Assembly (NCBI RefSeq): GCF_048593235.1 | Contig: NC_133621.1 | Location: forward strand, 27,777,254 to 27,841,253 | DNA: 64,000 nucleotides | Direction of reading: 5' to 3' | Source: Sminthopsis crassicaudata | Taxonomy: Eukaryota | Shown: one piece after another, positions 49,870 through 61,788 of the stretch | Layout: the number at the start of each line of letters is the position of its first letter | Position numbering within the stretch: the stretch's first letter is position 1 | The notes under the pieces: model-generated | What the model saw: only the letters and a program-made list of their open reading frames with translations | What the model was told of the DNA's origin: nothing | Database searches by the model: none | Made by a program: the position numbers and the translations under genes

Positions 49870-51924
49870 TATTAGCGTACAAAGCTGGCTCGCATGAAAG
49901 GAAGCTGGAATAGGACATACATAACCTAGGCCTTGCTTTTGAAGAGAGAGCGAAAGAGGATTAGGGGATAAGGGAGAAGGGAGAGAGAAAGAAGAGAAAG
50001 AGAGGGAAGGAAAGAGGGAACAGAAGCAGGATGTGGGGAGAGACAGCTTGGAGAATCCAATTGGGAGAAGGCTGGCTCCCCTCAAGAGATGAATACTCTT
50101 AGCCAAAACCATTCATGAAATCTTAAGGGAAAGCTGCAGCCTTGACTGTGGGAACTCTCACATCATTAAAATCAGGACCTCAGAATCAACTGATCAACTA
50201 GCACTTACGAAGTACCTCCTATGTGCCAGGCCTTGAGGAATTGAAAACACGTGCAATCAGGACTATAGAGAAATTCTTGGGGCTTCAAAAGAACAGGTTC
50301 CTGTCTTCTTAAAAGATAAAACAGTTGAAGGAATTAAAAGATTACATTTGAGAAAGTAATTTGACACTTTCTATCCAAAGTACTTGGAGTAATAAATCTG
50401 GAATAATAACCAGTTATAAAACTGGGCCAGCTAACATAAGTGATCAAATATTCTGTTGATGCTATTATAAAATATAATCCCAGCATGATCATTTAATTTA
50501 TGTTTTTCAGACACATTATCTACTCTACTCTTAAAGTAGCAGAGGAAAAAAAGGAGGGGATAAAATGCTAGAACCCCAAGAGTAACAGGCATTAAATCCA
50601 TTTTTATCACCTCCCATTCTTTTATTATTAAAAAAAAATTCAAATCTAGGGCAAAAAGCAGACATTGTAAAAACCTTTCAATTACATATTAAAATAAGAA
50701 TGTAAAGAAAGAATCTAAGATTTTGTCATAACTAACCAACTCCTCCAAGCACATTCCCCCCCTCCCCCCAGGAAAAAGTTGACAGTGATGAACAATAAAT
50801 GTATGAGTACTTTAGTCACGGGAAATAACATTCAGCTCTCTCAGGGTGTAGCCCCAGCAGTTGTACCTATAAGCTCAAAACATATCAGTCTAAGTGAAAA
50901 AGAGAGACCAATGTAAAAGCTAGAAATAGCCTCCCCACTCCGTACTCTCCCAAACAACAACACAATTCCTTCAGAGAAACTACTTTCCATGAACATTAAG
51001 GAAGAAGATGTAAATGGAATAACTAACATATGATCTTGAAACTTTTAGTCCCTGAAGGAACATAATCCAAGACCCTGGGCCTTCTTACTTCCATCTTCAG
51101 ACAATTAGCACCCATTAGATCCCTCTCTCTCCATCCTTACCTACTTATAATTTGGGGTCACTTAACCTGCAGGTATTATTCCAAGCACTGGTCCTGCTGT
51201 GACATCCCAAAGAAAAGAGAAGAATACTTGGCACCAGAAGGCTGCTTTGACTAACAAATGAAATATGAAACAAATCTTCACTTGTCTTATCACACACATC
51301 TGGCAGGCACACAGTAGGCCATTCATGACCCCGATTTCTTCCCCTGGAAGAGGATAATGATAAGCAGTCCCCTCTAGAGACATGGAGCTTCCCCTGCCTT
51401 GCCCATCTCCCCCTGACTCCAGTTGTCGTGAAAGCGCGGGGTGCAAGCGTGGGGCACCAGGCGAGGCCTCTCCCGGCTGGCTCCGCTCCAAGAGACGCCG
51501 GCGGGTGGGAAAGCTTTCTGTTCTCCTGGCAAAGCTTTTGAAAGCATCTTCCTTGGATGACTGGCTGTCATCAGAGAAGAGTCCACTTCCCCATTAAGGC
51601 TTCAGGAGGAGGCCTGAGAGGGCTTAATGCATTTCCAGGCCCGTTTCAAAGGTCCTGTTACATAAGCCTTTGTCTTGATGGAGGCTACAGAAACCACCAA
51701 ACCCTGCAGCTGGAGTGAAAAATCCAGAGGAGCCAAGGAAAAATACTCAATTACTCATGTTGTTAGTGAAGAAGAGAGAGATGGGAGTAATTCCAAACCT
51801 TGAATTTTTAATGCTGAGATTAAGAACTGTACAGAAAAAAAGATTTAGCGGGTAGTACCAGAGAGCTTCTCTTAACTTTTTAGTTTTAACTTTTAAGGTT
51901 TACAAAATTGCCTTAAAATGTTAT

Positions 51925-52338
51925 CTCCTCAATTCTGATGGACGTGACTCTTCTCAACAATGAGATGTTTGAAGCCAGTTCCAATGGTCTTGTGATGAAG
52001 AGAGCCATCTACACCCAGAGAGGACTGTGGGAACTGAGTGTGCACCACAATATAGTGTTTTTCCTTCTTTTGCTTGTTGTTTGCCTGAATTTTATTTTCT
52101 TTCTCATTTTTTTTCCTTTTTGATCTGATTTTTCTTGTGCAGCATGATAATTGTAGAAATATGCATACAAATATTGGATTTAACATATTTTAGCATGTTT
52201 AACATATATTGGATTATTTGCCATCTAGGGGAGGGGGAAGTGGAAAGAAGGGAAAATTTGGAACACAAGGTTTTGCAAGGATCAATGTTGAAAAATTATC
52301 CATACATATGTTTTGAAAATAAAAAAGCTTTAATAAAA
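51925..52338 (+). mobile_element. LINE-1 3' UTR fragment
   Basis: caattctgatggacgtgactcttctcaacaatgag...gagccatctacacccagagaggactgtgggaactgagtg...tttgaaaataaaaaagctttaataaaa. Confidence 0.92.
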
Positions 52339-52369
52339 CAGAATAAGCTTATACAAAGGCATAGGAAAA

Positions 52370-52550
52370 AAATTAAAATGTTATTTCCCTTCATCCTCAC
52401 AACAGCCCTCAGAGATAGCAGCTCTTATTTTCCTCATTTTACAGATGAGAAAATCAAGGCACTTGGTTCAGGGTCACACAGTTAACGAGACTCTGAGTAT
52501 GGATTTGAACTCAGGCCTTTGTACCTCCAGTCTAGTGCTACAGTGGACAA
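52370..52550 (-). mobile_element. MIR/MAR1 SINE
   Basis: cattttacagatgagaaaatcaaggcac...agggtcacacag...ggatttgaactcagg. Confidence 0.8.
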
Positions 52551-53689
52551 CAGAAAAATGATCCCAAATCCCTTATCTCCCCTGGCTTCTCCAGTTCATT
52601 CCCTTTCACCACTTTTCTGCAGAGGAGGGCAGTGGCAATCAGCACAGTGGGCCGGGACATTTTTAATTACTGTACAGGCTTTCATTTGCACCAAATCATC
52701 CAGAAGTATGAATGACCAGTTAACTTACAGCTTTCCACTGATCTGAATAGCGTCCCCCTAAACCTCCCCCCCCCCGCCCAGAAAGGAAGCAAACCCAGCA
52801 GCTGAGGATGCACCACTGGCACCAGACCCAGTCTTTCTGGAGGCCCTTTGGTACCACAGTGTGTGGCGAGATACCCTAGGAAAAGGATAACATGGCAGCT
52901 TTTCTTTCTAGGTTCTCTAAGAATTCTTCCTTTTACTCCCAGCTAAGGGCACATGCTCTTGTTTAGAACCTGCCAAACAACCAGGTTAAGATGGCAAGAA
53001 ATGAAATAAACAGATGTTTAAACTGCTGAGACAAAGACCGCCACAGTGGGGGCCAGGTCAGCTCATGGACACGACAGGGCTCTCCCTCATGTCTCCTTTC
53101 CCCTGATGCCCTGTGATGAACAGTGAGGATGCACCCGGGGCCAAGTATGATGCTGGGTTCAAGAGAGAGAATCTGTCCCTGCCCTCTAGGGAACTTAAAG
53201 TTGGTAGGCAAATCGGCCACCAACTGGCACAGCCTTCCAGAAGCTTCCACCTGCCCTCTGAGCTGGCTGGAGGAAGGGCTACCCATCAGAGAAGGCCAGA
53301 GATCAGCTTCTTAAGGTCTTATTTCTCCTAACTGAAGGACAAACAAAAGCAGAGAGAGGGCCAACACCTTAGTAGGAACACAAGCACTCAGATAGTATTT
53401 AAAAATCCAAGTTCAAATCCTAATGGCCTAGGCAGTCCCTCAACCTCCCTGAGACTCAGTTTTTTCCTCTGTAAAAGGGAGACTGCTGGACTTGGCGATC
53501 TCTAAGATTTTTCAAAGCTCGGATGTGGAATCCCATCTTGCACTCCTGGTACTCCGTGTGTGTGGGCAAGTACACGACCCAGCAACAATCACTCTCAGAA
53601 ATCTCTTCACAAAAGGAAGCCTGAATCAGACTCCAAAACTTGTGTTTTTGAGTTCATTTTCTACTTTCAAGAATAAGAGTTCTTAAAAG

Positions 53690-53932
53690 AAGAACTCCTG
53701 AGTAGCTAAAAAAATTAACAATGGTCACTAAGAATGGGATAATGTATTCCTCTTTCTTCATAGCAAGACAACAGAAGGATTCTAGGGCAAAATGTCATGT
53801 ACACTGTTGGATGCAGCCAGTTATTGTAGTAGGGGTTTGGGTTTTATCTTGTTTTTTTCTCTGTTTCAATGTATAGATGATTATCAGAAATTATTGATAT
53901 ATTTTTAAAAGACATCAATAAAACTTTTTTAA
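53690..53932 (+). mobile_element. Old LINE-1 3' UTR fragment
   Basis: Degenerate L1 3' end closing with atttttaaaagacatcaataaaactttttt. Confidence 0.55.
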
Positions 53933-54286
53933 GAAGAGAGTTCTCAGGCATTCCATTCATAAAGCTAGTCCCAGTTCTGACAGTTACTGTTATAGAGCAG
54001 CATTAGAACTCAGCCCTCCTGGGACAGTCCTGCTCATTTCTATATAAACTCAGGAGATGTTCTGGCCACCAACCATCACATTCTTCCATTAGCACAAAAG
54101 AAATCCATTGTATCCAGGAGGAAATATGACAACTGAAAAGAATATGAATAAAAAATGTTCTTCCATTTCTAGAAAATTCTAAGCCCATTCAAATAATTAT
54201 GTTTAGATCTCTTGAATTTTACAAACTGAATTCCTCATCTGAACTATCAAGAATTTTAAAACAAGAACAAGCCTCTCCTAGTTTAA

Positions 54287-54482
54287 TCCAGGGCTTCTTA
54301 AACATTTTCCACTTGCAACCTCTTTTCACCCAAGAAATTTTTTACATGACCCCAGGAATATAGCCATATAAAAGGGCACACAAATCATTAACTAATAATA
54401 AACCATAATTTTATGATCCCCAGATTTAGTAAGGAGGCCCCCACATAGAGTCACAAAGCACAGTTTAAGAAATTTTGCTCTA
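54287..54482 (-). mobile_element. hAT-type MITE, reverse copy
   Basis: cagggcttcttaaacattttccacttgcaacctcttttcacccaagaaattttttacatgacccc...cagtttaagaaattttg. Confidence 0.7.
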
Positions 54483-54634
54483 AATGACATTTAAGATTCA
54501 CCCAATACAAAAAGTATAATTAACTTGCTGTTTATCTCATGGACCCAAAATCTGAAAAGATGAAATTCTGAAGATATTTTAATTTAACATTTCCCTCTTT
54601 AAGGGAACACTCATTTTAAAAGATTATCTAATGT

Positions 54635-54800
54635 GATTTTATTGGATGTAAAGAATTCCAGGTGTGGAAACTCCTTCCATGTGTGGGCAGGGGATTAATA
54701 CAAGGGTTGCCGGGGCCCTGAGAGGGAAAGAGACTGAGCTATCATTTGTCCGAAGTAGGTCTTCTGATATCAAAGGCCAGCCCTCTGCTTACTAACTCAC
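54635..54800 (+). mobile_element. WALLSI-like SINE fragment
   Basis: gatgtaaagaattccaggtgtggaaactccttcc...gggttgccggggccctgagaggg...tatcaaaggccagccctct. Confidence 0.55.
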
Positions 54801-56790
54801 ACTGTCCCTCAATTATTAAAAGACCCTTTTCCCAGACTATTTAAAAATTGGTCATGAGTAAATCATGAAGGCTAACCTTTCAACAAGGGCTGCAATCGAC
54901 TCAGCCTAGAGAGGATTTTCATCTGAAGCTCAGAGGGCCAGACCTGGAGTGCAGAGGGAGCAAGACTTGGACGCAAACTCAGGCTGGGTGATACCAGGCA
55001 AATGACTTTGAGCTTGTCTGCTTCTATTTTCTCATCTGTAAAATAACAGCACTTGCCTCCAAGTGTAAAGGTCCTGTCGTCTCTAAGTTATAATCCTTCT
55101 CTGGGAGGAGATCTCTTTTCTGTAAAATATTTTCCTCTGTGAGCAGGTTTCTTGGGAAGCTTCTGGAGCCTCCAGTCAGCCTCTTCTTCCTGAATCCTGG
55201 CTTTGAATCTCCTCCAGCTCTTGTCCTTTCCCAATGCAGACTGCTTCCTGGTGAAGAGACCAAAGGGCACAGAGATCCCACAGAGGCCAGCATCTCAGTC
55301 CAGCCACCTCCAGAGCAGCCCAAGTGGGAGCTGCCCAGCGGGCCTCCCTCCCAGAGCTGCAGGAGGAAAGCACCTGACAAGTCCCTGAGTGCCAGCTAGA
55401 GAAACGTCTCCCTTAATTCTTTACCTCCAAACTCCTAGGTGCTAAAGGCATTTTCCTCCTCCTCAGATTTCCCTCGAGGAAAGGGGGAAGAAGTTCACAG
55501 ACTGGAGTCAGATCTCCACTCTGCCAGGGGCAACCTTGGGCAAACCATAGCACTCTGGGCCTCAGGCCTCAGCCAGGAAATTAGGAAGCTGGCCCTCTAA
55601 TCCTGAGTCTCTCCCTAGTGCCCATCACATTCTACTTGGAATCACAGCTTCCCCTCTCCCTTTGTAGAATGGAGACCTGGGGAAGGGGGGAGGGGGGAAA
55701 CCATGTCATTTTTATCTTTCTATCCCCCGTGCCAAGGAAATAGATAGCATATTGCAAGTCACTTAATACATGCTAATTGAATTAAATTACCAAGAACAAA
55801 TAAATGGGAGGCCAAAATTAGAGGCAGCTTTGTCTCCAATCTGATATTGGCCGAGTCTAAATGAACTATAGGAGGTCTGCTTGAGATGACTGGATGTGGA
55901 AGAGAATCCAATTCAGTATTTCCCACTTGTATTCTTCTCCCCTTCTTCCCCCAAAGCCCTCTCCTTTCTGCCCCACCCCATACTATTAGATATCCTAAAC
56001 AGATAGCAAACTTAGAACATGGATCTAGAACAACAGCATCAATAGATATCTCAGGAAATGTGAGACTTGTATTTGATTTTGCAGTGAGTGTGGACAGTTT
56101 CTCTTGAAACCAGATATGCTTCATGGTTTATAATCAAGTAGGGGAAAAAAAGGAAAAAAGAACTAAGTAGAGAACTCTAAAACTCTTATCCACAGATCGT
56201 TCTTTAAGTTAATTTCTTTTATAAAATCACCCATTATGTTCTCTAGGTTGTACATGTGAAAGTAGCACAAAGTATAACAAATCAAATTCCACCAGCTGCG
56301 CCATTCTTGGGCCAAACGCAGTCAAACTGAAGATGTACTTAAGTATTCATTCCAAAGACACTAACCACATTTTCACTGAGATATACATTTATAACAAATG
56401 AGAGTCAAATATTTGACTCCAAATTATCCAAAGATTAGTCATCTACTGAGCAACTAAGCTGAAAATATATATTGAGTATTAGAGGCACATATGGAGAAAT
56501 CCAAAATTTATCACTTCCATATCAACCACCAGGACAATAGGGGATCCTGAACTTGCCAGTTGGAAGCACCACATGAATGGCAAATGACATTGACCTCTAC
56601 GTGACCCAGACCAGGCAACTATTTTGGGACCGACCCCTGAATTACCAGCCAAATCCACAGCAGGACAAATATAGCTTCTCATGGGAACTTGCCAGTTTTC
56701 AAAACACTTAATGGATTTCCTTGACAAATCTCTTGAGTAGACAAGTTAGTGTATGTTTAAGCAAACTGTCTAGGTAGCTATTTTTTTATT

Positions 56791-56793
<3 letters not shown>

Positions 56794-56823
<30 letters not shown>
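56794..56823. repeat. (AC)n microsatellite
   Basis: Direct reading. Confidence 0.98.
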
Positions 56824-56825
<2 letters not shown>

Positions 56826-56944
56826 ATATTGTTTACTTAAAAATAAAATCTCATGAGGATATTCCTTTTTCTATAAGAATTTACAATTAGTTAAAACCTT
56901 GAGGATATTATTGTTCTGTGCAGTGTTCATCATTCAAGATGAAG

Positions 56945-57155
56945 TCAAGAAGATTCAAGTCCCTCAGCCATGTACTTACTAGCTGTGTGACCCTGGGTCA
57001 ATGCTTAATGTCTCTCAGCCTCCCTTTCCTCACCTGTAAAAAGTGGGGATAACATTAAAAGCACCTACCTCCCAGGGTTGTTGTGACGATAAAATGAATC
57101 GTTGCTTGTATAAGCACTGTGAAAATCTTAAAACCCTATGTAAACATCAGCTATT
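56945..57155 (+). mobile_element. MIR SINE
   Basis: ttactagctgtgtgaccctggg...cctttcctcacctgtaaaaagtggggataac..gcacctacctcccagggttgttgtgacgataaaatga. Confidence 0.85.
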
Positions 57156-59087
57156 AATTAAAATAGCAAAAAAGCCATAAACCTCTCACACCAGCTAAAA
57201 TCAACTTCAAAAGAATAATGGCTTCCATATCCATGACTCACTTAGATTTGATACAATTTTTAAATTACTTTCTGCTCTGAACACAATGACAGTTTTTCTT
57301 TTAATAAGGGGTTATTAATTTAGTGTAAGTGAATGACAACTCTTAAAAACTTTCTTGCCTCAACTTCCTGAGATTTCACACTGGTTACAAAAAGCTCAAT
57401 TGTTATTTGTAACTAAGTCAAAGCTAAATAAAATCATCCACCATCTTTTAAAAATGTGTCCAAACAACATCAGCAGGCAATGATCAGGCCAATGCTAGTC
57501 AGTGTGCCTGAACCCTGTTTCTCAACTATTCAGCTGGAGCAAACTACTTCAACACATTTGCTCAGTTTTGTTAAGAGAGTTCCTCAAGTACAATAAATGT
57601 CCCTCGGGATCTTTGGCACCTGCAAAGAATGGCAAGTGTACAGTTAACAAATTAACCATTTCAATTGTTAAAAAGAAATTTTTATAAGGTCAGTTGATGA
57701 TCAGTTGAGATATAATTTAAAAAACCAATAGAGTATATACCTTGCTGTCAAAGGGAAAAGATTCAGAAAACTAAATCAAGTAAAAACTCTTGTAAGGATG
57801 GTGAGTTTCAGATTTAGTTCAAATAATTCCAGTTAGGAATTTTTCCCCAACAAGCTGATGTTTTATACTTATTAATCTGCTAATCATCATCAGTCATCAG
57901 CAGCTAAAGAAAAGCTCTTTGTAGCACCCTTGATGAGAACCAGCTATAAGAATAAAAGAAATGAGTATAGACAGATATTAAACCATGTTATCTAGTAAAG
58001 AAGCATTGGCCCTAGTTGGCTGAAACATTGTGCACATTATTTTTCAAGGCCTCTCTTCTCTAAGCACCTCCATTACATCCAACAGATGTCCCGCAATGGC
58101 CTCATTAGAACAATTTCCTGATGGGCAGGCTTTTGTCAACTAACCAAACTACAAAAGTAGCTATGTGTCAACATCTCTTTTATTAAGAGTTGCTGACTTT
58201 GCTTTCACAATGAGTCATTGAGAATATGGAAAGTGATATGAAGTCATACTAAAGAATCAACTCCAATGACATGCCATTTGGGAGACTTCCTTTTCTCTAG
58301 TCTGACCTTTACTTGTGAAAGATATCAAGGGACCATCTTAAACCATCAGAATTCAATGCTGGCAAAGTTCCAACACAACACTGACCTTATATCAAAATAA
58401 AAACAAATGTCCTGAAATACACATCTTCAAACTACCTAGCCAGAGCCATGAAAGAAAATTCTATCACTATCACCCCCTCCCAGTCCCCATGCCCCATTCC
58501 TCTGTGTACCTCTATGTCATTCATCATTTCAAAATCAGCGCATTTTAGTTCATATAAGAAAATAATTATCTGAAAATCAAGTGCATGTGGTCACCGATCA
58601 TCAGAATCAAATTCCATCACCTCCTAGAACTATTCATATTAAATCAAAACTAATAGCCAGGAAAAAAAATTACACCAGGTAAAACATGAGTCTTCATTTC
58701 CTATTCAACACAATATTTCCCAATTAATTAATTAATGATCAAACATAAAACACTTAACCATTGTTACCAAATCAATATTCTTTCATCATAACAAAGAAAT
58801 TTCTTAGAGGCTTATCACTCTCACCACTAAAAGATGATTCAAACTGTCATCTTGCAATTCTATTATCTTATTCTTATTACCTCGTCCTATTTTTAGCAAC
58901 TTCTATCAATACAACCATCCTTGCAGAATATTCCACTGCTGCTCAGAAAACAATAGTTCCTGCAGCTTTTTTCGTCAAAATGTTGTCTAGTTAATTAGCT
59001 TGAGACCATAACAGACTGAACTTCTGATCACTTCAAATACATCTTCAGCATAAGCTCCAAAGTAAATAAAAATCCATTTCAACTTAC

Positions 59088-59138
59088 CTACAGTTCGGAG
59101 GAGGATCCAAGGTAATTTCTGCAAGTTCTTTCTGAATT
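59088..59138 (-). CDS. UBE2E2: Internal coding exon (exon 3 equivalent) of a class III E2 ubiquitin-conjugating enzyme, most likely UBE2E2
   Basis: Minus strand reads tttctttgttgttttttaaag|AATTCAGAAAGAACTTGCAGAAATTACCTTGGATCCTCCTCCGAACTGTAG|gtaagt: 51 nt, phase 2/2, translating (R)IQKELAEITLDPPPNC(S). AEITL excludes UBE2E1 (ADITL). Codon choices resemble human UBE2E2 more than UBE2E3 as I recall them. No exon 2 lies within 4.8 kb, which also fits UBE2E2. The family call is very secure; the paralog call is less so. Confidence 0.88.
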   Translation of the reverse strand, partial: NSERTCRNYLGSSSEL

Positions 59139-60040
59139 CTTTAAAAAACAACAAAGAAACTGGTATTAGACAAGTATTTCTCTTCATTAACATTTATCAA
59201 ATTAATGACAATGCCCATTTTCATTCATATTGACAGTTTTAAGCTTTAGTTCTCCCCTCACCATCCCCAAGTCTTTGGTGTTCAGAGTACTCCAATCTGA
59301 TTCAATTACATGCCAGCCCCGTATCCGAGGCACCATGTGAAGAAGTGCTAGGGATACCAGCTCTTAGTAGAATAGGACTTATTTAAATGGAAATTCCTGC
59401 AAACTTCTTTTCCCTTTATGCATCTTTTGTAATGCTTAAACATCAACTTTACAGAAGTCATTCTCTAGCAAACACAGGCCAGGGAAATTGCTGTCATTTA
59501 TCTCCAAGAGACCTTTGCATTGGACCACCAAGCAATTCAGCTTTGAGATGAACCTTAGTCAGAAACTTGACCCAAGGGTCCTAGAAAATCATGATGGCAG
59601 AGGCTCAACTGGACGTTTTAAACTGGAAGTTTCTATTAGAACGGCTTCATTTTGATGGTGCAGACAAATCTGATCAAAATCAGAACCAAACAGTCTGAGC
59701 AGACCCACTGGCCGCAGGAGCAAGCCCTAAGAGCATCTCTGAGTCTTTCCAGTATCTGAAAGTGCTGGGATCTAGAAGTTTCTTCTGAGAAATCCTCACC
59801 AGTGCCCATTATATATGGAGGGGAAAGGGGACAGTGTCATGAACAGACTTTGCATATCTACATGAAGTCTATTACAATTTCTCTCTTCCTCTGTTTCTTT
59901 GTATCTATCTAATGATCTCTTGCTTATCTATCATCTACCTATATACATTGTAAAATCGCATCGGACAGAGTGGTTTGTGAAGGAAGTGAAACTGATGCAT
60001 GTCAGTTTCCTTGCTTGCACCTCACCCAGCTTAAATAACA

Positions 60041-60051
60041 TGCTGACTCAT
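60041..60051. promoter_or_regulatory. Candidate ARE/MARE (NRF2/BACH/NF-E2 with small MAF)
   Basis: TGCTGACTCAT, a perfect consensus match. Confidence 0.4.
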
Positions 60052-60598
60052 GTGGCAGTTAGATGCTGAGGTTTGGTTTTCCTTTTAATCACGTCTTCTC
60101 CCCTTGTTGCCCAGGATGATTTGAAATGACTGTATGTACACATGGCAGGCATTATGTGATGAGGAATAACAAAGTAAAGGAAAAACATCTCTGAAATCCG
60201 AGTCGATGCCTTTTGTGTACAATCTGGCCTAGAGGCAAACAGGTAAGTATTTGGCCATTTTTCCATACAACATGCCAAGACCCATTCTCCCTGGAAAGGT
60301 AAAATTTAGCCTTTCCTTCTTTTTTCGGTATGCTAATTTGAAATACATACTTAGCAGTCAGTGCCTTTCCCCAACCATGTGCCCACCTCACTCACCTTGC
60401 CCTTTGACTCAAAAAGAAGACAACAAACAAAACCCCCACAAATCATTGCTCTTCTATTTAACTCAGGGAAACTGCTTTACTCTGTATCTCAGTTTCTTCA
60501 TCTGTAAAATGGGGTTGGGATTTCTTCTATCCATAAATATCACAACCCTCTATTTTGAAATGCAGAAACAAGTCATCATCTCCATTTGAAGAAGGAAG

Positions 60599-60604
<6 letters not shown>

Positions 60605-60673
<69 letters not shown>
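60605..60673. repeat. (GT)n microsatellite
   Basis: Direct reading: about 34 units. Confidence 0.99.
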
Positions 60674-60674
<1 letters not shown>

Positions 60675-61788
60675 TGTTGCTTTTGTAGTTTGGAGAAATG
60701 GTATTGATAGTGAAAAAACAACAAAAAACATTTTTCTTTTGGGAGGTAAAAGATAAGGTAATGGATGGGGCCATCACTGCTTTTACCTCCAAGACAAAAT
60801 TACTCTATGAAGGCTAAATCCTTGACACCCTAATTGTAAAATACTTCCATTTTGGTTGAATACTTCCTCCTCCCATGCTGAGGTATGACTACGGGCAGAG
60901 AGACTGTACCCTTGGGGGTGTTCCTCAGCCCAGAGTGCCATAGGGCACTCACTGAGCTCAATTTAAGATAGTCAGGACCCCTAGGGATCAGGATTGAGCC
61001 TCAGAACCCACAGGATTTTCTTGCCATTTCAGGTCAAATAGTGCAAAAATTTCAGAAAGCATCCAGAAAGTAGGCTGGAGAGATTTTCTTAGGTTTTACT
61101 AATTAATTCATAAATTCCTGAAGGGATTTTTAACTTTGTTTCCACTATTTATTCCCCCTCAGTGAGCCATCAAGACAAAAAGTGGGTTTTCTTTGGGAAA
61201 ACAATGACTTGCAGTCATGAAGCACAGTGTGACATTATAGGAAAAAAAATCATTTGTTCTGAAGATGCAAGAGCTGTGTTGGAATCTCAGTTCCACTGGT
61301 GAATACCTGAATGAAGATTCTCATCTATAAACTGGATGGTTTCTAAAGTTTCTTACTGTTTTAAATTAATGATGTGATTTTGGGAGAGAAAGTAATTTTG
61401 TGATTTTATTGGTATGGAGAATTCCAAGTATAGAGATCTTTCTTTCTTTTTAATTCATAGAGAACAGTGAGAAATTAAGGTATAACTTTCTTCATCCCAA
61501 TTCCCAGCTCTCTCTCCCCAGCTGATCCAAGGAGCGGTGGACCCCACAGCAAGAGACCCCCCATCTTGTCAAATGGGACATGAAGAGGTCATGTGATTTG
61601 CCCATGTCAGAAGCAAACCTCCGATTTAAATCTTCCAGACTCCAAGTTCTGCCTTTTAGCTTCTATACCACACTTCAATAGAAATGCCCCATAGAATCAG
61701 CATCTTTAAGCACCCAATATCTCAATTTGAAAAAAAAAACAAGGGAATCTGGCAGCTTTAGACATCTAAGATTCCAGAGCAAATTTCT

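Larger units (their letters stand above)
1..59087 (-). other. UBE2E2: Inferred very large intron 3 of UBE2E2 (continues beyond position 1)
   Basis: GT donor at 59087. I found no sequence encoding [20 protein letters not shown] by eye in 1-59087. All three human UBE2E genes have a very long intron at this position. Confidence 0.7.

Noticed and set aside
53040-53055. Possible CTCF sites (ccacagtgggggcc; also ccactgggggcc near 19901)
   Set aside because: Each has two or more mismatches to the core CCASYAGRKGGC, so they cannot be supported by eye.
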